Assembly (NCBI GenBank): GCA_032718475.1
Contig: JAUCBJ010000684.1
Location: forward strand, 1-64,000
DNA from: Nemertoderma westbladi
Taxonomy: Eukaryota; Animalia; Xenacoelomorpha
Length of the DNA: 64,000 nt
Reading direction: 5' to 3'
Shown: one piece after another, positions 49,443-61,900 of the stretch
How positions within the stretch are numbered: position 1 is the first letter of the stretch
Layout: every line of letters starts with the position of its first letter
Notes under the pieces: generated by a model
Seen by the model: only the letters and a program-made list of their open reading frames with translations
The model's database searches: none
What the model was told of the DNA's origin: nothing
Program-made: the position numbers and the translations under genes

Positions 49443-52400
49443 GTAGGCAGCGTTAGAGAAAATGTTGGCAACGTTAGGGAAAAGGTAGGCAGCGTTAGAG
49501 AAAATGTAGGCAGCGTTAGGATAAAACGTAGGCAGCGTTAGAGAAAATGTAGGCAACGTTAGGGAAAAGGTAGGCAGCGGTGGGAAAAGGTAGGCAGCGT
49601 TAGAGAAAATGTAGGCAGCGTTAGGGAAAAGTTAGGCAGCGTTAGGGAAAAGGTAGGCAGCGTTAGATAAAAGTTAAGCAGCGTTAGTAGAGAAAATGTA
49701 GGCAACGTTAGGGAAAAGGTAGGCAGCGTTAGTGGAGAAAATGTAGGCAGCGTTAGGGAAAAGGTCGGCAGCGTTAGTAGAGAAAATGTAGGCAACGTTA
49801 GGGAAAAGGTCGGCAGCGTTAGTAGAGAAAATGTAGGCAGTGTTAGGGAAAAGGTAGGCAGCATTAGTGAAAAGGTAGGCAGCGTTAGGGAAAAGGTAGG
49901 CAGCGTTAGTGAAAAGGTAGGCAGCGTTAGGGAAAAGGTAGGCAGCGTTAGAGAAAATGTAGGCAACGTTAGGGAAAAGTTAGGCAGCGTTAGGGAAAAG
50001 GTAGGCAGCGTTAGAGAAAATGTAGGCAGCGTTAGGGAAAAGTTAGGCAGCGTTAGGGAAAAGGTAGGCAGCGTTAGATAAAAGTTAAGCAGCGTTAGGG
50101 AAAAGGTAGGCAGCGTTAGTGGAGAAAATGTAGGCAACGTTAGGGAAAAGGTAGGCAGCGTTAGTAGAGAAAATGTAGGCAGCGTTAGGGGAAAGGTAGG
50201 CAGCGTTAGTGAAAAGGTAGGCAGCGTTAGGGAAAAGGTAGGCAGCGTTAGTAGAGAAAATGTAGGCAACGTTAGGGAAAAGGTAGGCAGCGTTAGTGAA
50301 AATGTAGGCGACGTTAGTGAAAAGGTAGGCAGCGTTAGGGAAAAGGTAGGCAGCGTTAGTAGAGAAAATGTAGGCAACGTTAGGGAAAAGGTAGGCAGCG
50401 TTAGAGAAAATGTAGGCAACGTTAGGGAAAAGGTAGGCAGCGTTAGAGAAAATGTAGGCAGCGTTATAGAAAATGTAGGCAACGTTAGGGAAAAGGTAGG
50501 TAGCGTTAGGGAAAAGGTAGGCAGTGTTAGTAGAAAAATGTAGGCAACGTTAGGGAAAAGGTAGGCAGCGTTAGAGAAAATGTAGGCAGCGTTAGAGAAA
50601 ATGTAGGCAACGTTAGGGAAAAGGTAGGTAGCGTTAGGGAAAAGGTAGGCAGCGTTAGTAGAGAAAATGTAGGCAACGTTAGGGAAAAGGTATGCAGCGT
50701 TAGTGAAAATGTAGGCAGCGTTAGGGAAAAGGTAGGCGGCGTTAGTAGAGAAAATGAAGGCAGCGTTAGGGAAAAGGTAGGCAGCGTTAGTAGAGAAAAT
50801 GTAGGCAACGTTAGGGAAAAGGTATGCAGCGTTAGTGAAAATGTAGGCAGCGTTAGGGAAAAGGTAGGCAGCGTTAGTAGAGAAAATGAAGGCAACGTTA
50901 GGGAAAAGGTAGGCAGCGTTAGTAGGGAAAATGTAGGCAGCGTTAGGAAAAAGGTAGGCAGCGTTAGGGAAAAGGTAGGCAGCGTTAGGGAAAATGTAGG
51001 CAGCGTTAGGGAAAAGGTAGGCAGCGTTAGTAGAGAAAATGTTGGCAACGTTAGGGAAAAGGTAGGCAGCGTTAGTAGAGAAAATGTAGGCAACGTTAGG
51101 GAAAAGATAGGCAGCGTTAGTAGAGAAAATGTAGGCAGCGTTAGGAAAAAGGTAGGCAGCGTTAGGGAAAAGGTAGGCAGCGTTAGGGAAAATGTAGGCA
51201 GCGTTAGGGAAAAGGTAGGCAGCGTTAGTAGAGAAAATGTTGGCAACGTTAGGGAAAAGGTAGGCGGCGGTAGTAGAAAAAATGTAGGCAACGTTAGGGA
51301 AAAGGTAGGCAGCGTTAGTAGAGAAAATGTAGGCAACGTTAGGGAAAAGGTAGGCAGCGTTAGGGAAAAGGTAGGCAGCGTTAGTAGAGAAAATGTAGGC
51401 AACGTTAGGGAAAAGGTAGGCAGCGTTAGTAGAGAAAATGTAGGCAGCCTTAGGAAAAAGGTAGGCAGCGGTAGTAGAGAAAATGTAGGCAGCGTTATGG
51501 AAAAGGTAGGCAGCGTTAGGGAAAAGGTAGGCAGCGTTAGGGAAAAGGTAGGCAGCGTTAGTAGAGAAAATGTAGGCAACGTTAGGGAAAAGGTAGGCAG
51601 CGTTAGGGAAAAGGTAGGCAGCGTTAGTAGAGAAAATGTAGGCAACGTTAGGGAAAAGGTAGGCAGCGTTAGTAGAGAAAATGTAGGCAGCCTTAGGAAA
51701 AAGGTAGGCGGCGGTAGTAGAGAAAATGTAGGCAGCGTTATGGAAAAGGTAGGCAGCGTTAGGGAAAAGGTAGGCAGCGTTAGTAGAGAAAATGTAGGCA
51801 ACGTTAGGGAAAAGGTAGGCAGCGTTAGGGAAAAGGTAGGCAGCGTTAGTAGAGAAAATGTAGGCAACGTTAGGGAAAAGGTATGCAGCGTTAGTAGAGA
51901 AAATGTAGGCAACGTTAGGGAAAAGGTAGGCAGCGTTAGTAGAGAAAATGAAGGCAACGTTAGGGAAAAGGTAGGCAGCGTTAGTAGAGAAAATGTAGGC
52001 AGCGTTAGGAAAAAGGTAGGCAGCGTTAGGGAAAAGGTAGGCAGCGTTAGGGAAAATGTAGGCAGCGTTAGGGAAAAGGTAGGCAGCGTTAGTAGAGAAA
52101 ATGTTGGCAACGTTAGGGAAAAGGTAGGCAGCGTTAGTAGAGAAAATGTAGGCAACGTTAGGGAAAAGGTAGGCAGCGTTAGTAGAGAAAATGTAGGCAG
52201 CGTTAGGAAAAAGGTAGGCAGCGTTAGGGAAAAGGTAGGCAGCGTTAGGGAAAATGTAGGCAGCGTTAGGGAAAAGGTAGGCAGCGTTAGTAGAGAAAAT
52301 GTTGGCAACGTTAGGGAAAAGGTAGGCGGCGGTAGTAGAAAAAATGTAGGCAACGTTAGGGAAAAGGTAGGCAGCGTTAGTAGAGAAAATGTAGGCAACG

Positions 52401-55092
52401 TTAGGGAAAAGGTAGGCAGCGTTAGGGAAAAGGTAGGCAGCGTTAGTAGAGAAAATGTAGGCAACGTTAGGGAAAAGGTAGGCAGCGTTAGTAGAGAAAA
52501 TGTAGGCAGCCTTAGGAAAAAGGTAGGCAGCGGTAGTAGAGAAAATGTAGGCAGCGTTATGGAAAAGGTAGGCAGCGTTAGGGAAAAGGTAGGCAGCGTT
52601 AGTAGAGAAAATGTAGGCAACGTTAGGGAAAAGGTAGGCAGCGTTAGGGAAAAGGTAGGCAGCGTTAGTAGAGAAAATGTAGGCAACGTTAGGGAAAAGG
52701 TAGGCAGCGTTAGTAGAGAAAATGTAGGCAGCGTTAGGTAGGCAGCGTTAGGGAAAAGGTAGGCAGCGTTAGTAGAGAAAATGTAGGCAGCGTTAGGGAA
52801 AAGGTAGGCGGCGGTAGTAGAGAAAATGTAGGCAGCGTTAGGGAAAAGGTAGGCAGCGTTAGTAGAGAAAATGTAGGCAACGTTAGGGAAAAGGTAGGCA
52901 GCCTTAGTAGAGAAAATGTAGGCAGCGTTAGGGAAAAGGTAGGCAGCGTTAGTTGAGAACATGTAGGCAGCGTTATGGAAAAGGTAGGCAGGGTTAGTAG
53001 AGGAAATGTAGGCAGCGTTAGGGAAAAGGTAGGCAGCGTTAGGGAAAAGGTAGGCAGCGTTATGGAAAAGGTAGGCAGGGTTAGTAGAGGAAATGTAGGC
53101 AACGTTAGGGAAAAGGTAGGCAGCGTTAGTAGAGAAAATCTAGGCAACGTTAGGGAAAAGGTAGGCAGCGTTAGTAGAGAAAATGTAGGCAGCCTTAGGA
53201 AAAAGGTAGGCGGCGGTAGTAGAGAAAATGTAGGCAGCGTTATGGAAAAGGTAGGCAGCGTTAGGGAAAAGGTAGGCAGCGTTAGTAGAGAAAATGTAGG
53301 CAACGTTAGGGAAAAGGTAGGCAGCGTTAGGGAAAAGGTAGGCAGCGTTAGTAGAGAAAATGTAGGCAACGTTAGGGAAAAGGTATGCAGCGTTAGTAGA
53401 GAAAATGTAGGCAACGTTAGGGAAAAGGTAGGCAGCGTTAGTAGAGAAAATGTAGGCAACGTTAGGGAAAAGGTAGGCAGCGTTAGTAGAGAAAATGTAG
53501 GCAGCCTTAGGAAAAAGGTAGGCAGCGGTAGTAGAGAAAATGTAGGCAGCGTTATGGAAAAGGTAGGCAGCGTTAGTAGAGAAAATGTAGGCAACGTTAG
53601 GGAAAAGGTAGGCAGCGTTAGTTGAGAACATGTAGGCAGCCTTAGGAAAAAGGTAGGCGGCGGTAGTAGAGAAAATGTAGGCAGCGTTATGGAAAAGGTA
53701 GGCAGGGTTAGTAGAGAAAATGTAGGCAACGTTAGGGAAAAGGTAGGCAGCGTTAGTAGAGAAAATGTAGGCAACGTTAGGGAAAAGGTAGGCAGCGTTA
53801 GTAGAGAAAATGTAGGCAGCCTTAGGAAAAAGGTAGGCGGCGGTAGTAGAGAAAATGTAGGCAGCGTTATGGAAAAGGTAGGCAGGGTTAGTAGAGGAAA
53901 TGTAGGCAACGATAGGGAAAAGGTAGGCAGCGTTAGTAGAGAAAATGTAGGCAGCGTTAGGAAAAAGTTGGGCAGCGTTAGTTGAGAACATGTAGGCAGC
54001 GTTATGGAAAAGGTAGGCAGGGTTAGTAGAGGAAATGTAGGCAACGATAGGGAAAAGGTAGGCAGCGTTAGTAGAGAAAATGTAGGCAACGTTAGGGAAA
54101 AGGTAGGCAGCGTTAGTAGAGAAAATGTAGGCAGCGTTAGGGAAAAGGTAGGCAGCGTTAGGGAAAAGGTAGGCAGCGTTAGGGAAAATGTAGGCAGCGT
54201 TAGGGAAAAGGTAGGCAGCGTTAGTGGAGAAAATGTAGGCAACGTTATGGAAAAGGTAGGCAGCGTTAGTAGAGAAAATGTAGGCAGCGTTGGGGAAAAG
54301 GTAGGCAGCGTTAGTAGAGAAAATGTAGGCAACGTTAGGGAAAAGGTAGGCAGCGTTATGGAAAAGGTAGGCAGCGTTAGTAGAGAAAATGTAGGCAGCG
54401 TTAGGGAAAAGGTAGGCAGCGTTAGTAGAGAAAATGTAGGCAACGTTAGGGAAAAGGTAGGCAGCGTTAGGGAAAAGGTAGGCAGCGTTAGTAGAGAAAA
54501 TGTAGGCAGCGTTAGGGAAAAGGTAGGCAGCGTTAGTAGAGAAAATGTAGGCAGCGTTAGGGAAAAGGTAGGCAGCGTTAGTAGAGAAAATGTAGGCAGC
54601 GTTGGGGAAAAGGTAGGCAGCGTTAGTAGAGAAAATGTAGGCAACGTTAGGGAAAAGGTAGGCAGCGTTAGGGAAAAGGTAGGCAGCGTTAGTAGAGAAA
54701 ATGTAGGCAGCGTTAGGGAAGAGGTAGGCAGCGTTAGTAGAGAAAATGTAGGCAGCGTTAGGTAGGCAGCGTTAGTAGAGAAAATGTAGGCAACGTTAGG
54801 GAAAAGGTAGGCATCGTTAGGGAAAAGGTAGGCAGCGTTAGTAGAGAAAATGTAGGCAACGTTAGGGAAAAGGTAGGCAGTGTTAGGGAAAAGGTAGGCA
54901 GCGTTAGTAGAGAAAATGTAGGCAGCGTTAGGGAAAAGGTAGGCAGCGTTAGTAGAGAAAATGTAGACAACGTTAGGGAAAAGGTAGGCAGCGTTAGGGA
55001 AAAGGTAGGCAACGTTAGGGAAAAGGTAGGCAGTGTTAGAGAAAATGTAGGCAGCGTTAGAGAAAATGTAGGCAGTTTTAGAGAAAAGGCAG
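49435..55092. repeat. 21/24-bp purine-rich minisatellite (~250 units) built from the exon-4 donor junction
   Basis: Units gggaaaag|gtaggcagcgtta and gtagagaaaatgtaggcaacgtta; the first unit is the real exon/intron boundary. Confidence 0.95.
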
Positions 55093-55482
55093 ACAATGTA
55101 GAGATCAGAATGGCAAATGATGACAATGTTGCATCTTCTTATGTATTAACTACGTCAGGTGAATCTGACCCCAGTTGCTTGGAATATGTCCTAAGAGAAG
55201 CTTGAAACATTAAACAACTGTAGATACTGAAAGTATACTGGTAGCCAAGGTAGCCAGACATACTGACATTGCGGGAAACTTCACGCCGTTAAATAAAGAA
55301 CTTCTGTCCGAGCACTGAATTCACCCTGACTCGAAAATTAAAATTATTTTATATAACTAAATAATTTATCGCTAAATAAAGTTGTTTCTTATATTCTCCG
55401 GGGCAGGATAGTTGTTAAATGGAGTTCGATACGGTAGCTCGTCGATTGATTGATTAATCGATATTTCCTGTAACCACAATAG

Positions 55483-55636
55483 GTTCGAGTTGGGGACGAA
55501 CTAATTCTCGTTAGTGTCGCTACAGAACGTTATCTCCATGTCTCGCAAGACCCGATTATAATCAACGCCTCCTTCCAACAAACCCAGTGGACGTTAGCGA
55601 GACTTTGCAATGGAGAGTTACGGAAGAAATCAATGG
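55483..55636 (+). CDS. RyR: Ryanodine receptor exon 5
   Basis: aatAG|VRVGDELILVSVATERYLHVS...ASFQQTQW...MG|GTAAGT (phase 1). Confidence 0.95.
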
Positions 55637-55886
55637 GTAAGTGATTGCGATAAACACGCTCTAAACTGTGATCACATATATTGTATTTATTTACCTAGTC
55701 TACAGATAGTGGCGCAAATTAATCGCGAGTGAAATAAAAAGTTTTGTTTATTGTTTTAGTTAGAAAACACCGCCACTGTAAAATGGTTTTTTAAACAGAT
55801 AGTTGGTATTTGCGGTCATTTTGCGACATTAACACATCAAGTCCCTCAATCCCGTCCTTCAACCTGGCCTGTATTTCGAGAAGTAA

Positions 55887-55990
55887 AGTGATAGGGAGTT
55901 GTGGCGGCGCAATTTTCTCGACAAGCAGGCACAGCATTCTTAAAAATACAGCAGCAATGCAGCATGCCGATCCTAGTAGTAGTAGTAGTA
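55887..55990 (+). mobile_element. Short RTE 3' tail
   Basis: gtgatagggagttgtggcggcgcaattt...gcagcatgccgatcc(tag)5, matching 1252-1345. Confidence 0.85.
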
Positions 55991-56048
55991 TTTGTGTGGA
56001 ACTGATGTTATTTATAGGTTATTTGTACGGAACTGTGGTTATTTATAG

Positions 56049-56217
56049 GTTATATGTATGGAACTGATGTTATGCGATTGTGTCACATCCACATGGAAGA
56101 GTATTTCACCGCGGCCCCGCAGTGCAACCGTAACGTCGCCACGGGATTGGCTTACGAAACGGGCGAAGTATCCAATCACGCCCGATCTTTGTGGCGTAGC
56201 GAACTACCTAATGTTAA
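56049..56217 (+). CDS. RyR: Ryanodine receptor exon 6
   Basis: tttatAG|(G)YMYGTDVMRLCHIHMEEYFT...YETGEVSNHARSLWRSELPNV(K)|GTTAGT; phases 1 and 2 fit the neighbours. Confidence 0.9.
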
Positions 56218-56967
56218 GTTAGTCTTCTGTTTCATATTAACGCGAACATTTAAAACGGCCTTAAAACATCGCGTGTGTTCTCTACAGAATAAGTTTATTT
56301 TACTTACTTTATATAAATTTATTTCACACACTTTTTATAAACGTATCTTACTGTGTAATAATAGTGTTTATAAATTGAGAGAATGATACAAGGCATACAG
56401 CAGGGCGGCCAGTACGCCAGTAGTACCGGTAGTTATGGTTTGCAATGATAACTGTTTCAGTTTCCAGACGAAATTCCTTTATGACAGTAGTATGGTATGG
56501 TAACGGTTAGTGCTGCCAATTAGTATCGGTTATTACTGCATAATTTCATAAGTAGGCTGTTTAGCGTCATTTGTTAAAAGCATACCTTCAGGGAACCCTG
56601 AAACCTTACTATACCGAGTGAATAGCTGAGTTGGAGCTGATTATTTATATATTTATATTTATAAGAAAAAATAAGCCCTTTAACTCAACTAATTTGTTTA
56701 TCTCATGAGTTCCAAAAATTATATTTTCGTAATATATTACATAATTTTGTTTAAATTTCATTTTTCAGCAAATATTTTTTTACTGAAGGTAGTAAAGTTT
56801 TATATAAACAGAACATGTTCTAGAATATATACTTATATAGTAGGCCTACATTCCTAAAATATCCGAGTGATTTTTGCGCGAGGAGTTATAATTATTAATT
56901 ATACTCATAAACCGTATGCAGTAGCACTAAACTTATCTAATCATTTGGAGTACGTTATAATACATAG

Positions 56968-57124
56968 ATGGGGTGGAAGTTGCATTGCTTGGGGACAACC
57001 AATGAGAATCCGCCACGTTGCTTCCGGTAAATACCTTTGTTTGAGAGAATCCAATATGCTGGTTCTATTGGACGACATCGACGCTGACCAGGACTCATCC
57101 CTGTTCGTTCTCTTACAGTCAAAG
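56968..57124 (+). CDS. RyR: Ryanodine receptor exon 7
   Basis: catAG|WGGSCIAWGQPMRIRHVASGKYL...FVLLQSK|GTGAGT. Confidence 0.93.
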
Positions 57125-58314
57125 GTGAGTAGACCAATATAAGCAAGGGATATAACTTCGGGCACCGTAAATAGGCGGTAATCGGAATATATAAAATATC
57201 GATCTACTGTACTTTGATTTACTTACATGAATGTAAAAATATATAGAAACCGGGTAAAAAAAGGTTCTGTGGCCGCTGTGAAGTTACAGATACGAATTAC
57301 GATTACACGAAAATAGTGATAACCTTGTACATCTGAAAATATTGCACCAAGAATAATATTACAGTAATATCTAAACTATAAAGGGCATTGTGAAAAGACC
57401 TTAAAAACACTAGGTCTTAAAATAAAGACCGTAAAATACTGATTTTAGCCTTTCTCGCTTTACTTGGAAAATTTTTAACGCTGAAAACTGCCAAAAATAT
57501 CGGCTGGAAGAATTACGGGCAGTCGCAAAGGCGGTAGTAAGTGAACTGAAACTATATTTCTCTATCGGCCCTTTTTATACCTTTCTGATCGGAGAAAATC
57601 ACCCGATTGGCCGATCGTTAAATTGATTAACTACTCTCTTCCGGGATTGGTGGATTCTAGAGTTAATTATCACCTCCCGTCATGTGACGATTTTACGTTG
57701 TTTTCTAAAGAATTTGTTTCCCTTGTGTAACAGAAATGAGACACCCTTTGTTACGGGTTTATAAGGTCACGTTGGACTCCAATTGAATGAAACTTCAATA
57801 AATAATAAAGATCCATCGATAGTGGTATGAATAACTGTGGTTCTTTGACAGATATTCCGAATACGGCAATAATTACACTGTAATAAAACTGTATTAAACG
57901 AATCCCGAGGGTGTGAGTAACGATATAAATAAAAAATAGCCGAAAAGGCTTCCAAACTCGACTTCAGCCTGGGACGTAATTCTCAGGGAACAAATTCTAC
58001 TAGTGATTAGTCGGAAATTCATTCAAGGTCATTTGGTTCCGGACAAATAATAGGTACTGACTATTTCTTCCCGTAAATTTCGTCCCCAATAGTAGGATAG
58101 AGTAGTATGTGTGTTTTGGGACGGAAAAGTCCCGAAAGATTGGGGAAGGGGGAGTGGGTGTTGGAGAAAATATGCATGGTTTCAAATATTGTTAATAAAA
58201 AATGGTAATATTATATTAACGATATTTGCCACCCTTTCACGTCTAACTTTCATGGAATTGAGATGAAAGATGACTGATCTAATAATAATATCGATACAAA
58301 TTCCGTTGTTTTAG

Positions 58315-58476
58315 GATGAAAAGTCTGAGTTTGATTTATCAGCGGAACCGACTATAGGTCAACCATCGGTGGTCTACGGACAGAGTCAAGGGTTCATCCA
58401 GCATCTAGGGACCGGTTTGTGGTTGTCCTACAATTTAGTGGATTCTAGTAGACCAGGCCGAGCCCCAGAGAGAGTG
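58315..58476 (+). CDS. RyR: Ryanodine receptor exon 8 (gene continues beyond the window)
   Basis: tttAG|DEKSEFDL...IG.P.V.YG.S..FIQH..TGLWLSY...ERV|GTTAGT. Confidence 0.9.
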
Positions 58477-58907
58477 GTTAGTTATAAAAGTGGCATTTAA
58501 TTTGTAACTTAATTTAATTAAAGTTATAATTTAATTTATAACTGATAAACTTCTAGAATAACCAATAACTATAAAAAGTGTGCACCCTCACACAGTGCGG
58601 ATAAACGGGTCGATTTATATTGCATGCATGTGGGGCGAGCCACAAAGTAGGTGAACCTTTATCATACCGCCAATTTTCCTCAGTATAGCGCTCAATTTTT
58701 GAACGTCTATGTGGAAAAATAGCAGCAATTTTGGTTTAGTGTGTAAAAAGGAAAACTTTGAAAAACACAGAAAATTTAACTGAGCTTTATTATGGTAAAG
58801 GTTTATTAAAGGCATCGTTTTGTGCGAAGTCCCTTCAATGAATACCTTCAAGCAAGCAAACAATCGACCAAAGCCGGAGGCGACCCGAAGGCTCCTCTTT
58901 CGATAGC

Positions 58908-61900
58908 TGCTACCCGAGGGTAGGGGTGGGAGCTACTCCTAACTGCTACCCGAGGGTAGGGGTGGGCGCTACTCCTATCTGCTACCCGACGGTAGGGGTG
59001 GGCGCTACTCCTATCTGCTACACGAGGGTAGGGGTGGGCGCTACTCCTATCTGCTACCCGAAGGTAGGGGTGGGCGCTACTCCTATCTGCTACCCGAAGG
59101 TAGGGGTGGGCGCTACTCCTATCTGCTACCCAAAGGTAGGGGTGGGCGCTACTCCTATCTGCTACCCGAAGGTAGGGGTGGGCGCTACTCCTATCTGCTA
59201 CCCGAGGGTAGGGGTGGGCGCTACTCCTATCTGCTACCCGAAGGTAGGGGTGGGCGCTACTCCTATCTGCTACCCGAAGGTAGGGGTGGGCGCTACTCCT
59301 ATCTGCTACCCGAAGGTAGGGGTGGGCGCTACTCCTATCTGCTACCCTAAGGTAGGGGTGGGCGCTACTCCTATCTGCTACCCGAAGGTAGGGGTGGGTG
59401 CTACTCCTATCTGCTACACGAGGGTAGGGGTGGGCGCTACTCCTATCTGCTACCCGAAGGTAGGGGTGGGCGCTACTCCTATCTGCTACCCTAAGGTAGG
59501 GGTGGGCGCTACTCCTATCTGCTACCCGAGGGTAGGGGTGGCCGCTACTCCTATCTGCTACCCGAAGGTAGGGGTGGGCGCTACTCCTATCTGCTACCCG
59601 AAGGTAGGGGTGGGCGCTACTCATATCTGCTACCCGAGGGTAGGGGTGGGCGCTACTCCTATCTGCTACCCGGAGGTAGGGGTGGGCGCTACACCTATCT
59701 GCTACCCGAGGGTATGGGTGGGCGCTACTCCTATCTGCTACCCTAAGGTAGGGGTGGGCGCTACTCCTATCTGCTACCCGAAGGTAGGGGTGGGCGCTAC
59801 TCTTATCTGCTACCCGAAGGTAGGGGTGGGCGCTACACCTATCTGCTACCCGAGGGTATGGGTGGGCGCTACTCCTATCTGCTACCCTAAGGTAGGGGTG
59901 GGCGCTACTCCTATCTGCTACCCAAAGGTAGGGGTGGGCGCTACTCCTATCTGCTACCCGAAGGTAGGGGTGGGCGCTACTCCTATCTGCTACCCGAAGG
60001 TAGGGGTGGGCGCTATTCCTATCTGCTACCCGAAGGTAGGGGTGGGCGCTACTCCTATCTGCTACCCGAGGGTATGGGTGGGCGCTACTCCTATCTGCTA
60101 CCCTAAGGTAGGGGTGGGCGCTACTCCTATCTGCTACCCGAAGGTAGGGGTGGGCGCTACTCCTCTCTGCTACCTGAAGGTAGGGGTGGGCGCTACTCCT
60201 ATCTGCTACCCTAAGGTAGGGGTGGGCGCTACTCCTATCTGCTACCCTAAGGTAGGGGTGGGCGCTACTCCTATCTGCTACCCGAGGGTAGGGGTGGGCG
60301 CTACTCCTATCTGCTACCCGAAGGTAGGGGTGGGCGCTACTCCTATCTGCTACCCTAAGGTAGGGGTGGGCGCTACTCCTATCTGCTACCCGAGGGTAGG
60401 GGTGGCCGCTACTCCTATCTGCTACCCGAAGGTAGGGGTGGGCGCTACTCCTATCTGCTACCCGAAGGTAGGGGTGGGCGCTACTCCTATCTGCTACCCG
60501 AGGGTAGGGGTGGGCGCTACTCCTATCTGCTACCCGGAGGTAGGGGTGGGCGCTACACCTATCTGCTACCCGAGGGTATGGGTGGGCGCTACTCCTATCT
60601 GCTACCCTAATGTAGGGGTGGGCGCTACTCCTATCTGCTACCCGAAGGTAGGGGTGGGCGCTACTCTTATCTGCTACCCGAAGGTAGGGGTGGGCGCTAC
60701 ACCTATCTGCTACCCGAGGGTATGGGTGGGCGCTACTCCTATCTGCTACCCGAGGGTATGGGTGGGCGCTACTCCTATCTGCTACCCGGAGGTAGGGGTG
60801 GGCGCTACACCTATCTGCTACCCGAGGGTATGGGTGGGCGCTACTCCTATCTGCTACCCTAATGTAGGGGTGGGCGCTACTCCTATCTGCTACCCGAAGG
60901 TAGGGGTGGGCGCTACTCCTATCTGCTACCCTAAGGTAGGGGTGGGCGCTACTCCTATCTGCTACCCTAAGGTAGGGGTGGGCGCTACTCCTATCTGCTA
61001 CCCGAGGGTAGGGGTGGGCGCTACTCCTATCTGCTACCCGAAGGTAGGGGTGGGCGCTACTCCTATCTGCTACCCTAAGGTAGGGGTGGGCGCTACTCCT
61101 ATCTGCTACCCGAGGGTAGGGGTGGCCGCTACTCCTATCTGCTACCCGAAGGTAGGGGTGGGCGCTACTCCTATCTGCTACCCGAAGGTAGGGGTGGGCG
61201 CTACTCCTATCTGCTACCCGAGGGTAGGGGTGGGCGCTACTCCTATCTGCTACCCGGAGGTAGGGGTGGGCGCTACACCTATCTGCTACCCGAGGGTATG
61301 GGTGGGCGCTACTCCTATCTGCTACCCTAATGTAGGGGTGGGCGCTACTCCTATCTGCTACCCGAAGGTAGGGGTGGGCGCTACTCTTATCTGCTACCCG
61401 AAGGTAGGGGTGGGCGCTACACCTATCTGCTACCCGAGGGTATGGGTGGGCGCTACTCCTATCTGCTACCCGAAGGTAGGGGTGGGCGCTACTCCTATCT
61501 GCTACCCGAAGGTAGGGGTGGGCGCTATTCCTATCTGCTACCCGAAGGTAGGGGTGGGCGCTACTCCTATCTGCTACCCGAGGGTATGGGTGGGCGCTAC
61601 TCCTATCTGCTACCCTAAGGTAGGGGTGGGCGCTACTCCTATCTGCTACCCGAAGGTGGGGGTGGGCGCTACTCCTCTCTGCTACCTGAAGGTAGGGGTG
61701 GGCGCTACTCCTATCTGCTACCCTAAGGTAGGGGTGGGCGCTACTCCTATCTGCTACCCTAAGGTAGGGGTGGGCGCTACTCCTATCTGCTACCCGAGGG
61801 TAGGGGTGGCCGCTACTCCTATCTGCTACCCGAAGGTAGGGGTGGGCGCTACTCCTATCTGCTACCCGAAGGTAGGGGTGGGCGCTACTCCTATCTGCTA

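Noticed and set aside
49559-55126. LTLPTFS / REKVGSV ORFs up to 811 aa
   Set aside because: Products of the 21/24-bp array inside RyR intron 4; the flanking exons join directly as GEK|VRVGD.
49443-55482. Intron newly created by tandem duplication of an AGGT proto-splice site, or recursive splicing through the array
   Set aside because: The intron's last ~390 bp and its acceptor are unique sequence, and the array is purine-rich with no polypyrimidine tracts; only two TAG|GTAGGC junctions (~52738, ~54761) were seen.
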